Part shown: one piece after another, positions 8,798-17,911 of the stretch
How the letters are laid out: every line of letters starts with the position of its first letter
Numbering within the stretch: the first letter of the stretch is position 1
Source: Candidatus Enterousia sp.
GTDB taxonomy: Bacteria; Pseudomonadota; Alphaproteobacteria; Rs-D84
DNA length: 64,000 bases
Assembly: GCA_045648665.1 (NCBI GenBank)
Contig: JAZROL010000017.1
Span: forward strand, 4,616 to 68,615
Direction: 5' to 3'
The notes under the pieces: generated by a model
The model's input: only the letters and a program-made list of their open reading frames with translations
Databases searched by the model: none
What the model was told of the DNA's origin: nothing
Position numbers and translations under genes: made by a program

Positions 8798-9448
8798 TTA
8801 TTGCCGTCCAGATTGTGTTAAAGCATTAATTTTTAACAGCCAATCAGGAGTTTCTAGTAAAGTAAAAGTTTTCCCATCCCACCGCATTTTGATATAACCT
8901 GTGTTTGGTGTTCCTCCGTGTGCAAAATCAGTAAAATGTCGTATTAAAAAACTCATAACGCCACCATGTGTTGAAACACCGACTGTTTTTGCATCTGTAT
9001 TCTTTGCAATATTCAACATTGTATCAAGAACTCGTTTAGCAAACATATTATAGCTTTCACCGTTTTTTGGTGGTGCATAATTATCGTCAGACAAAAGAGC
9101 CAAAGGTATGTTTATCATATCTGCATTTATATCAAACTGTGTGTTAACAGGGGCATCCGTTGTTTTTACTATTTTTCCGCAAAGTGCACCAAGGTTCCTT
9201 TCTTGTAATCCTGGGTCTGTTATAATTTCTATATCTCGATTCTCAACAACAATTTTTGCTGTATCTAAAGCCCTTGATAAAGGAGAGCTGTAAATACAAT
9301 CAAATTGCACATCAGATAAATTTTTTGCTAACTGTTTTGCTTGATTAACACCATCTTGGTTTAATGGTATATCTAAAATACTTTGCACCCGTTTCTCAGC
9401 ATTGTAATCTGTCTGACCGTGTCTAAATATATAAAAAATCTTATTCAT
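8798..9448 (-). CDS. histidine phosphatase (phosphoglycerate-mutase-like) family protein
   Basis: RHG motif in IFRHGQTDYN and distal catalytic His in STHGGVM. Confidence 0.8.
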   Translation of the reverse strand: MNKIFYIFRHGQTDYNAEKRVQSILDIPLNQDGVNQAKQLAKNLSDVQFDCIYSSPLSRALDTAKIVVENRDIEIITDPGLQERNLGALCGKIVKTTDAPVNTQFDINADMINIPLALLSDDNYAPPKNGESYNMFAKRVLDTMLNIAKNTDAKTVGVSTHGGVMSFLIRHFTDFAHGGTPNTGYIKMRWDGKTFTLLETPDWLLKINALTQSGRQ

Positions 9449-9478
9449 ATAAAAACCTTTGTTGAATTATACCACAAA

Positions 9479-9609
9479 AGTTCGAAAATGACAATTTTTT
9501 GAGATTTTTTAAACCTAAACTTTCGAACTCACTGGAATTATCAGAAAACAAAAGAAAACTTGCCCCGATGGGCAAGTTTTGAAACTGTGGTTGGGGGGTG
9601 CGGGCGAAA
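9479..9609 (+). repeat. inter-cassette repeat (M module, hairpin, G-site)
   Basis: M inner IR 9479-9529, hairpin CTTGCC ccgat GGCAAG plus TTTT, GGTTGGGGGGTGCGGGCGAAA at 9589-9609. Confidence 0.8.
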
Positions 9610-9726
9610 TTCGAGCTTAAATAAAGTCAAATTTGCGCTAATTTTCTGCTCTTACATAATAAAGTTGAAAAAAACAATCTATTGGAATATAGTCACAGTA
9701 TAATGTTTAGCGAAAAGGTGAAATAA

Positions 9727-10560
9727 ATGACTTTGTTTTTTACGATTGTTTTTTTATTGTTAGTAATTGGATGGGTGTTTTATAACCTTGTAAGGGATGT
9801 TTATACATGGTCTAATCATTATGGTTGGGAAGAAAATTCGACACCAGATAAAAATGCAAAAATTCAAAATATTAGTTCCGAAAAAGTCCAATATTCAAAA
9901 AATGGTGCCAAATATAAAACAAAAATTACTTTTTCTGATGGCTTTTACTTTATTACGCATAAAACAGATAGAGAAGATGGGTTTTTAACATATAGAATTT
10001 TTATTTCCGATGAGCTTAGAGAAAAGATAATTAGTTTGGCTATAGAAAAACATAATATAGCTGTAGATAAGTTTATAAATGATAATCAACCAGTAAGGTG
10101 TGATATAAGCAAGCCTGATTGTAAAGCAAAAAAAGATATGACCAAAATAAAAATAGAAATTGTAAATGATGAAAAATACATAAATCTTAAATCTAGCGAT
10201 AGAATTAAATATCTCAACAGTTTAAAAAAACAAACCGTATCCGAATTGAACAAATTGAACAAAGTATTTGAAATAGAAAACAATAAAAGAAGAGATATAC
10301 CCGTTGATATTGCTAAATATATAAAATCCAATGATATTTCTTCATTAAAAAACGAGATAATAAAATTAGAAAATAAAAGCCTGGTTCTTGATGAATTGAT
10401 TACATTGGAAATTTACGATAAGTGCAAAAAGACAGAATATGAAGCATTGACCAAAAAATTGACTGCTGATACACAGTTAGACAAAAAAGCAAAAGATTCT
10501 ACTAATTCGGAAGAAGATACAGAGACTGAAAAGGAATATGGTTGGCAAAGTTGGGATTAG
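9727..10560 (+). CDS. membrane-anchored coiled-coil protein (277 aa), unknown function
   Basis: N-terminal TM (LFFTIVFLLLVIGWVFYNLV), then a Lys/Glu-rich heptad-like C-terminal half. TTGAAA-17-TATAGT promoter-like sequence upstream. Confidence 0.55.
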   Translation: MTLFFTIVFLLLVIGWVFYNLVRDVYTWSNHYGWEENSTPDKNAKIQNISSEKVQYSKNGAKYKTKITFSDGFYFITHKTDREDGFLTYRIFISDELREKIISLAIEKHNIAVDKFINDNQPVRCDISKPDCKAKKDMTKIKIEIVNDEKYINLKSSDRIKYLNSLKKQTVSELNKLNKVFEIENNKRRDIPVDIAKYIKSNDISSLKNEIIKLENKSLVLDELITLEIYDKCKKTEYEALTKKLTADTQLDKKAKDSTNSEEDTETEKEYGWQSWD

Positions 10561-10577
10561 TTTTTATATTTTATTAG

Positions 10578-10660
10578 TTTTGCCCGCACCCCCCAACCAA
10601 GATAGACAACCGTTCATTTCAGAGCGGTTTTTTGTTTGTTTTTCTTTCGTTTTTATCGGT
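10578..10660 (-). repeat. inverted copy of G-site, tRNA-Gln-type terminator and M-tail
   Basis: TTTGCCCGCACCCCCCAACC (10578-10598). The following 45 nt are the reverse complement of 5918-5955 and also act as a plus-strand terminator for 9727-10560. Confidence 0.75.
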
Positions 10661-10725
10661 TCGAACCTATATATAAAGATACAAAAACACGAAACAGAAG
10701 CTTGTTTGGTGAAATAAGTACTGAT

Positions 10726-11046
10726 TTATTTCTTATCATCACAAATCAATTTTGCTAATAAGCCCAACCTATTGAGATAATCAGAAAGAGCTTTCTTATT
10801 CGCTAAAACATCCGGGGTTTCTTCAAAAAAATAAACCCATTCTATATCATCAGAGCCTTTATAGGATAATTGTTTTGCTTGCTTTTGAGTGAGTCTTATT
10901 TTTCTGACTGATGGGTGGGTAGCGTAATCCTCAACCCATTCTGTTGTTCCGAGTGGTTTGTAACCGCGATTTAAAACAATATAATTATGGTTCCCTAGAT
11001 GTTTCATACAATAAGGAAAATGTGTGTAAATCAGTTCTTGTTTCAT
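10726..11046 (-). CDS. hypothetical protein (106 aa)
   Basis: Clean ORF between repeat modules. No recognisable motif. Confidence 0.4.
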   Translation of the reverse strand: MKQELIYTHFPYCMKHLGNHNYIVLNRGYKPLGTTEWVEDYATHPSVRKIRLTQKQAKQLSYKGSDDIEWVYFFEETPDVLANKKALSDYLNRLGLLAKLICDDKK

Positions 11047-11130
11047 GTTTTTCTCCTAATTTGTTTTCTACGCAATAAATATAATGATTTTTTTAGTAAT
11101 ATCAAGACAACATTAGTCGTTTTTACTAAA

Positions 11131-11240
11131 AGTTCGAAAGCGCCAATAAGAACATAAAATTTCAAGAATAAACTTTCGAACTCGATGAAAAACTTGCAAT
11201 TCTAATAAAAAACCGCCCTGAAACGAACGGTTGTACATCT
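11131..11240 (+). repeat. M module plus native tRNA-Gln terminator
   Basis: M inner IR 11131-11182. On the minus strand, hairpin AACCGTTCGTTTCAGGGCGGTT plus T-run sits immediately 3' of the tRNA. Confidence 0.75.
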
Positions 11241-11314
11241 TGGTTGGGGCAGCTGGATTCGAACCAACACTAGCGGAGTCAGAGTCCGATGTTCTACCAT
11301 TAAACTATGCCCCA
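11241..11314 (-). tRNA. tRNA-Gln (anticodon CUG), CCA encoded
   Basis: Minus-strand cloverleaf: acceptor TGGGGCA/TGCCCCA with U1-A72 as in bacterial tRNA-Gln, D stem GTTT/GAAC, anticodon loop CTCTGAC, T arm GTTGG TTCGAAT CCAGC, discriminator A, CCA. Confidence 0.85.
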
Positions 11315-11464
11315 ATGTCCGTCATATTATATATTTATTATTTCCTTTTTCAATCAAATATTTTAAGCCCTATAAAATTATCACACGCAATAAAACACAT
11401 ATGGCAAATAAAATTTTTGGTAGTATAATTATTCCGTCAAAATCTTAAACAAAAGGAACTTATT

Positions 11465-12700
11465 ATGAAAATTAAACCATTTGCCGGTATTCGCCCTCCA
11501 AAAGAATTAGTTAATGAAGTCGCTTCGCGTCCTTATGATGTTTTGAATTCAGCGGAAGCAAAAGCAGAGGCCGGTGAAAAATCACTTTTACACATTATCA
11601 AACCAGAAATAGATTTTGAACCGATTGCAGATGAACACGAACAAAAAACCTATGACAAAGCGGTCGAAAATTTCAAAAAATGGCAAGACAACGGATGGTT
11701 GGTGCAAGATGCTAAAGAAATGTATTATATTTACGCGCAAACTATGGATGGGCGTACACAATATGGTTTAGTTGCGGCCGCTAATGTTGACGATTATATG
11801 ACTGGCAAAATCAAAAAACACGAATTAACACGCAAAGACAAAGAAGATGATCGTATGATTCACGTTCGTATTCAAAGCGCAAATTTGGAACCTGTGTTTT
11901 TCGCATACCCAGATGTTGATGAAATGAATCAATTAGTTGCTGATTGGATTGCAAATCATGCCCCAGAATATGATTTTGTTGCCGAAGACGGCTTTGGACA
12001 TACTTTCTGGAAAATAGATGATGATGCAACAAATGCACACATCACCGAAATCTTTGCAAAAGTTCCTGCTTTCTATGTGGCGGACGGTCATCACAGAACT
12101 GCGGCTGCGGCACGCGTTGGCGCGGAACGTCGCGAACAAAATCCAAATCACACAGGAAACGAAGAATACAATTATTTTCTGGCGGTGATATTCCCTGAAT
12201 CCCAATTAAGAGTTATTGATTATAACCGCGTTGTCAAAGATTTGAACGGATTAACGGAAACTGAATTTTTGGAAAAATTAAAAGAATCTTTTGATGTAGT
12301 TGAAATGGGATCCGATGTTTATCATCCACACAAATTACATAATTTTGCAATGTATCTGGGTGGTAAATGGTATTCATTGACCGCGAAACCGGGCACATAT
12401 AATGACAACGATCCAATAGGTGTTTTAGATGTGACCGTATTATCTAATTTAGTATTTGATAAAATATTAAACCTTGGTGATTTGCGCACATCGAAACGAA
12501 TCGACTTTGTCGGTGGAATTCGTGGGCTTGGCGAATTACAAAAACGCGTGGATAGTGGAGAAATGGTTGCTGCTTTTGCACTGTATCCCGTCACAATGCG
12601 CCAAATTATAGACATAGCGGACACAGGCAACATAATGCCACCAAAGACAACTTGGTTTGAACCAAAATTACGCAGTGGTCTGGTGATACATAAATTTTAA
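11465..12700 (+). CDS. DUF1015 family protein
   Basis: Length ~410 aa and conserved ADGHHR motif (FYVADGHHRTAAA), typical of DUF1015. Confidence 0.8.
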   Translation: MKIKPFAGIRPPKELVNEVASRPYDVLNSAEAKAEAGEKSLLHIIKPEIDFEPIADEHEQKTYDKAVENFKKWQDNGWLVQDAKEMYYIYAQTMDGRTQYGLVAAANVDDYMTGKIKKHELTRKDKEDDRMIHVRIQSANLEPVFFAYPDVDEMNQLVADWIANHAPEYDFVAEDGFGHTFWKIDDDATNAHITEIFAKVPAFYVADGHHRTAAAARVGAERREQNPNHTGNEEYNYFLAVIFPESQLRVIDYNRVVKDLNGLTETEFLEKLKESFDVVEMGSDVYHPHKLHNFAMYLGGKWYSLTAKPGTYNDNDPIGVLDVTVLSNLVFDKILNLGDLRTSKRIDFVGGIRGLGELQKRVDSGEMVAAFALYPVTMRQIIDIADTGNIMPPKTTWFEPKLRSGLVIHKF

Positions 12701-12705
12701 TTTGC

Positions 12706-12742
12706 ACAAAAAAACACCACCCATATTGGGCGGTGTTTTTTA
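12706..12742. terminator. bidirectional terminator between DUF1015 gene and ssb
   Basis: A-run, hairpin ACACCACC / GGCGGTGT, then T-run. Confidence 0.6.
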
Positions 12743-12757
12743 TTTATTATTTAACCA

Positions 12758-13204
12758 TTAAAATGGGATATCGTCGGCAATATCTTCGATATTAACTTCT
12801 TCACGTGGGGCAGAAGGCGCAGATACAGATTCAGCCGAACCATCCATCGCTTTGGCACCCGACAAAATAACCATTTGACCAGAATAAGGATTCAAAACCA
12901 CTTCTGTTGTATATGTGTCAACACCCTGTTGATTTTGCCATTTACGTGTGCGAAGTGCACCTTCCAAATACAACTTGGTGCCTTTCTGCAACATACGTTC
13001 CGCAACATCGACCAAAGAAGGATTGAATATCACAACACGATGCCATTCGGTTTGTTCTTTTTGTTCACCAGTTTGTCTGTCACGCCACCTATCCGATGTA
13101 GCCAATGAAAAAGACACAACCTTTTGTCCGCTTTGCATAGTGCGAACCTGTGGTTCCTGACCAATATTACCAACTAATATTACTTTATTTATACTTCCTG
13201 CCAT
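12758..13204 (-). CDS. ssb: single-stranded DNA-binding protein
   Basis: OB-fold N-terminus MAGSINKVILVGNIGQEPQVR, acidic tail ending DDIPF. Confidence 0.95.
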   Translation of the reverse strand: MAGSINKVILVGNIGQEPQVRTMQSGQKVVSFSLATSDRWRDRQTGEQKEQTEWHRVVIFNPSLVDVAERMLQKGTKLYLEGALRTRKWQNQQGVDTYTTEVVLNPYSGQMVILSGAKAMDGSAESVSAPSAPREEVNIEDIADDIPF

Positions 13205-13304
13205 ATTTTCGTCCTTTTGTTAATTCTATGATTAAATGATTGCGAAAAAAACAAATAAATACAAGGAAAAAAGAAACGCGTCAAAAAACGACGCGTCTAT
13301 TTAA

Positions 13305-13871
13305 TTATTCTTCGTCATCTGCCTCTTCTATATCTTCATCATCATCTTCTATTGCATTTAAATCTATTTCTTTTGGAATACCTAAAATATCTTCTATCTT
13401 ATTAGAGGCCGCCTCTACATCAATTTTATGTAAAACAGCAAATTCTTGTGCCATACGTTCCAAAGCTTTCAAATACAACTGACGCGCAGAAAAAGTCATA
13501 GAATCGGCAGCAGATCTACGCTGTAAATCACGTACAACCTCCGCCAGTTTCATAGGATCGCCAGAATTTATGTTATCTTCGTATTGTGCCGCACGACGAG
13601 CCCAAATCATACGTTTTGCACCAGCGCGCCCCTTCGCAACACTGATTGCTTCGTCCATTTTCTTTATACTGGTCAAAGGACGCAATCCGGACAGTTCAGC
13701 CCTATCCAAAGGAACACGTAAAGTCATATGATTTTTTTCAAAATCTATGACCATCATTTTCATCTTTTGATCACCAATGGTTGCTTCTTCTATACGCAAT
13801 AATTTACCGACACCCTGTGTTGGATAAACGACGTATTGACCGGTTTTAAAATCAAGTTTCTTATTTGGCAT
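13305..13871 (-). CDS. carD: CarD/CdnL-family transcriptional regulator with acidic tail
   Basis: FKTGQYVVYPTQGVGKLLRIEE N-terminal Tudor-like module. C-terminal IEDDDEDIEEADDEE. Confidence 0.85.
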   Translation of the reverse strand: MPNKKLDFKTGQYVVYPTQGVGKLLRIEEATIGDQKMKMMVIDFEKNHMTLRVPLDRAELSGLRPLTSIKKMDEAISVAKGRAGAKRMIWARRAAQYEDNINSGDPMKLAEVVRDLQRRSAADSMTFSARQLYLKALERMAQEFAVLHKIDVEAASNKIEDILGIPKEIDLNAIEDDDEDIEEADDEE

Positions 13872-13958
13872 AATATATCACACCTGCGGTTGCCATTCTC
13901 TCTCTATACGGTGCATTATAACACAAAAAATCGAAAAAACAAATATTTGGGCAAAAAA

Positions 13959-14387
13959 TTATTGTCCTAATCCAGCAGGCGAAAAACGCCCTATGTTATT
14001 GAACAATTCTTCCAAAGCATTTAATTCGATAGCCGCTGGAATCTCAGTTTCCCCGCCTGCCATCCTTATATCTTGCAAATCAGCATCATTCAAAATCTTG
14101 GTTTTTACAACGCGACCGTTTTTAACCCACGCTAATAAAACTTTTTTATCAGTATAAGTAGTCCGCATCGGGCCGCGCATATTTTCTTCCGCACTATAAT
14201 AAATCCATACTTCGTCCCCATACATAGTGCGCGTTTGCGGATCACCAATTTCATCTTGCAATTGTGCAGTTGTTTTTATATTTGCAACTTTACTTTCCAA
14301 ATCATCGGGAAAAACATAACCACGATGTTTTGTTTGAAAAGTACATGCCGACAATACAATCAATAATAACAATAATATTTTTTTCAT
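13959..14387 (-). CDS. bamE: outer membrane protein assembly factor BamE (SmpA/OmlA lipoprotein)
   Basis: Lipobox LSAC, then HRGYVFPDD...L..GDPQT...YGDEVWIYY, typical of BamE. Confidence 0.8.
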   Translation of the reverse strand: MKKILLLLLIVLSACTFQTKHRGYVFPDDLESKVANIKTTAQLQDEIGDPQTRTMYGDEVWIYYSAEENMRGPMRTTYTDKKVLLAWVKNGRVVKTKILNDADLQDIRMAGGETEIPAAIELNALEELFNNIGRFSPAGLGQ

Positions 14388-14390
14388 TTT

Positions 14391-17300
14391 TTACCCTTCC
14401 CCATTATCTTTGTTTTTATTCACAACAAAATTAGCAATATGTTGTTTCAATTCTGTTTTATATAAATTATTTGCTTTGGCTTCTTCAACTAACTTATCAA
14501 AATTAGGATTTACTGATCGTGCCGCCGCAAACCTAGTTTCACTTTTCATAAATTCTTCCAATGGAAATGGAACATCAACATGCGAATCCATAGTCAACGG
14601 ATTTTGACCATTTTCAACATTTGCCGGATTAAATCGGTATAATGGCCACGCCCCAGTATTAACCAAATTCATTTGATGTTCGACACCATTTTGTAAAGCA
14701 AACCCATGCGCGATACATGGCGCATACGCCAAAATTATCGATGGACCGTCAAAGCTTTCCGCTTCACGAAAAGCGCGTATCGCCTGCGCTTGATTGGCGC
14801 CTATTGCAATTTGTGCAACATAAGCACCGGACATCATAGCAATTAAACCTAAGTCTTTCTTTGCATGTTCTTTACCACCAATTGCGAATTTCATTGATGC
14901 CCCAAAAGGTGTTGATTTAGATTGCTGACCACCAGTATTAGAATAACCTTCTGTATCCAAAACCAAAACATTAACATTTTCGCCACTGTGCAAAACATGA
15001 TCCAAACCACCATAACCAATATCATATGCCCAACCGTCACCACCAACAATCCATACAGATTTATCAACGATTGCATCTAATAAAGACAAAGCATATTTTG
15101 CGCGTTCGTTATCAATGGCAACCAATTTATTATGTAAAAATTCTTTGATTTCGCGTTGCTTTTCCGTATCGCGTTCTGCAAACAAACTATCAACATTTTC
15201 AAAACCTAATTCGAACAATACTGAACGCAAAGCAGCACGTTTTTGATTCAACGCAATTCGCATACCTAAACCATATTCCGCATTATCTTCGAACAAAGAA
15301 TTAGACCAGGCCGGCCCACGTCCGTTTTTATCTGTGCACCATGGTGTTGTCGGTAAATTGCCCCCATAAATAGACGAACACCCTGTTGCATTTGCGACAA
15401 CCATTTTATCACCAAACAGATGCGACATTAAACGAACATAAGGCGTTTCACCACATCCCGCACATGCCCCGGGAAATTCAAAATAATGTGGTAATAATTC
15501 AACATGTTTTGGAATATTTAAATTCAATTTTGATTTATCAAAATCTTTTATTTTCAAAGCATCGTCAAAAACTTTTTGATTTTTAATTCCGTCGGCCAAA
15601 GGCACCATTGACAATGCACCAACCGGACAATTTTTCATACACAAACCGCAACCGGTACAATCAGCCGGTGATATATTTAATGTGTAAAATAAATCCGTCC
15701 CCAATTCAGGTGTTTTTATTGGAACAACGGTTATACCTTTTTCACGCGCCAATTCCATTTCTAATTTATTCATAACTTTGATACGAATCGCGCCATGCGG
15801 ACAAAGCATAGAACATTTTCCACATTGAATACATTTATTCAAATCACATACCGCAACACGCGTAGCCAGCGCACGCTTTTCATATTTCGATGTACCAACA
15901 GGATATTGTCCAGCACCAAACGCACCATCAATTTTGAATCGCGACACAGGAATATCATCGCCACGCCCTGCAGCAATTTCCCCCAAAGTTCCAGCAATTT
16001 CAGCCGGCGTATCATTTGTCATCGCAGGAATAAAATCAGGTGCCAGATTAGAAATACTTGATGGCAAATCATATTTTTGTAAATACGAATCCGCTTTATC
16101 AACCGCGTTCCAGTTCGCCTGAACGACTTCCATACCTTTCTTTTTATATGTTTTTTCTATTGCAATTTTTGCGGCATCCTTTGCAACGTCAGGATTTATG
16201 ACTTTTGTTAAATTAAAGAAATTAAGCATAATAAAAGTGTTTATACGATTTCCCAACCCCAGTTCATTTGCAGCCCTGTTTGCATCCAAGAAATATACAT
16301 TTGCACGCATACGAATTAATTGTTCTTGGGATTCGCGCGGCAAATTCATAAATGCTTCATCTGGTTGCAAAGAAGTATTTATCAATACAGTACCACCAGC
16401 ACGCAACGCAGAAAAAACATCAAATCTTTGCGCAATCATAAAATTAGATACACATATGAAATCAGCACTGTCCACCAAATATTCACTTTTAATCGGTGTT
16501 GGCGCAAAACGAATATGGGATTGTGTTATACCACCTGATTTTTTTGAATCATATACTGCATAAGATTGTGGATATAAATTCGAATTTTCACCAACTATCT
16601 TTACAATATTTTTAACCGCACCAACGGTACCATCGCTGCCGATACCATACAATATAGCGGTTTTAACATCAGGATTTTCAATTGTAAAAGTTTTATCCAC
16701 ATTTAATGATAAATGCGTTAAATCGTCATCTATACCAACCGTAAAATTATGGTGCAATTCTCCACACATCATATATTCAACAATCGCTTTGACATCACGT
16801 GGCTTGAATTCTTTTGACCCCAAACCATAACGTCCACCAAACACAGAAATTTTAGAATCAACGATACTGCGAACGTTTTGATAAAGCGGTTCACCGATCG
16901 AACCTGGTTCTTTTGTTCTATCTAATACAGCAATCTGTTCAACCGTCTTTGGCAGAATTTTTAAAAACGCATCCACAGGGAAAGGATTAAATAAATGCAC
17001 ACATATCAAACCAACACCCTTTGGCAAATATGGCAAAGTTTCAGCTATTGTTTCACAAGACGATCCCATAGAAACAATTACATATTTTGCTTTTTTATCA
17101 CCAATATAATCGACAACGCCATATTTACGTCCCGTCAATTTTGCAAATTTATCCATACAATTCTGCACTATCAGCGGTACATTATCATAAAGAGAATTAG
17201 CCGCTTCACGTCCTTGAAAATACACATCTGGATTTTGTGCGGTTCCACGAATCGCCGGATTATCAGGATTCATACCACGTTCACGATTCGCAATAACTAA

Positions 17301-17894
17301 TTCGTCAGGCAACATTTCACGCAAAACATCATCATCAATTCTTTCAAGCGAGGATTCTTCGTGACTGGTTCTAAATCCATCAAAAAAATGTAAAAAAGGA
17401 ACACGCGATTGTAAAGTCGCAGCATGTGCAATCGCCGCCATATCGTGTGCCGCCTGGACATTATGAGAAGACAACAAAGCAAAACCCGTTTGACGCACAG
17501 ACATAACATCACTGTGGTCGCCAAATATAGACAATGCATGTGTCGCCAATGCACGTGCAGCAACATGCATAACAAACGGTGTCTGTTCACCGGCAATTTT
17601 ATACATATTTGGAATCATCAAAAGCAACCCCTGGGATGCAGTAAAAGTTGTCGCCAATGCGCCCATCTGCAATGCACCATGCAATGCGCCTGCCGCACCA
17701 GCCTCTGATTGCATTTCTATGATTTCCGGTATCACACCCCAAATATTTTTCTTGTGCTGGAATGCCCACTCGTCAGCCAATTCACCCATAGTGCTGCTGG
17801 GGGTGATTGGATAAATTGCCGCACAATCAACACATCTGTATGCAACATCAGCCGCAGCCCAATTCCCATCAACGATTAATTTTGACATTTTCAA
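14391..17894 (-). CDS. nifJ: pyruvate:ferredoxin (flavodoxin) oxidoreductase, fused NifJ type
   Basis: 1167 aa. Two 4Fe-4S motifs (CIQCGKCSMLCPHGA, CTGCGLCMKNCPVGA) and a TPP-binding region GGDGWAYDIGYGGLDH. Confidence 0.95.
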   Translation of the reverse strand: MKMSKLIVDGNWAAADVAYRCVDCAAIYPITPSSTMGELADEWAFQHKKNIWGVIPEIIEMQSEAGAAGALHGALQMGALATTFTASQGLLLMIPNMYKIAGEQTPFVMHVAARALATHALSIFGDHSDVMSVRQTGFALLSSHNVQAAHDMAAIAHAATLQSRVPFLHFFDGFRTSHEESSLERIDDDVLREMLPDELVIANRERGMNPDNPAIRGTAQNPDVYFQGREAANSLYDNVPLIVQNCMDKFAKLTGRKYGVVDYIGDKKAKYVIVSMGSSCETIAETLPYLPKGVGLICVHLFNPFPVDAFLKILPKTVEQIAVLDRTKEPGSIGEPLYQNVRSIVDSKISVFGGRYGLGSKEFKPRDVKAIVEYMMCGELHHNFTVGIDDDLTHLSLNVDKTFTIENPDVKTAILYGIGSDGTVGAVKNIVKIVGENSNLYPQSYAVYDSKKSGGITQSHIRFAPTPIKSEYLVDSADFICVSNFMIAQRFDVFSALRAGGTVLINTSLQPDEAFMNLPRESQEQLIRMRANVYFLDANRAANELGLGNRINTFIMLNFFNLTKVINPDVAKDAAKIAIEKTYKKKGMEVVQANWNAVDKADSYLQKYDLPSSISNLAPDFIPAMTNDTPAEIAGTLGEIAAGRGDDIPVSRFKIDGAFGAGQYPVGTSKYEKRALATRVAVCDLNKCIQCGKCSMLCPHGAIRIKVMNKLEMELAREKGITVVPIKTPELGTDLFYTLNISPADCTGCGLCMKNCPVGALSMVPLADGIKNQKVFDDALKIKDFDKSKLNLNIPKHVELLPHYFEFPGACAGCGETPYVRLMSHLFGDKMVVANATGCSSIYGGNLPTTPWCTDKNGRGPAWSNSLFEDNAEYGLGMRIALNQKRAALRSVLFELGFENVDSLFAERDTEKQREIKEFLHNKLVAIDNERAKYALSLLDAIVDKSVWIVGGDGWAYDIGYGGLDHVLHSGENVNVLVLDTEGYSNTGGQQSKSTPFGASMKFAIGGKEHAKKDLGLIAMMSGAYVAQIAIGANQAQAIRAFREAESFDGPSIILAYAPCIAHGFALQNGVEHQMNLVNTGAWPLYRFNPANVENGQNPLTMDSHVDVPFPLEEFMKSETRFAAARSVNPNFDKLVEEAKANNLYKTELKQHIANFVVNKNKDNGEG

Positions 17895-17911
17895 ATCCTG
17901 TTCGCATAAAA

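Noticed and set aside
5838-11182. Regularly recurring M repeats as a possible CRISPR array
   Set aside because: Repeat spacing is ~840-1650 bp, with protein-coding genes between repeats. The repeats are internally palindromic with variable centres. No cas genes are present. This is not CRISPR architecture.
11231-11428. 65-aa ORF overlapping tRNA-Gln
   Set aside because: It is read through the antisense of a well-folding tRNA gene, so it is spurious.
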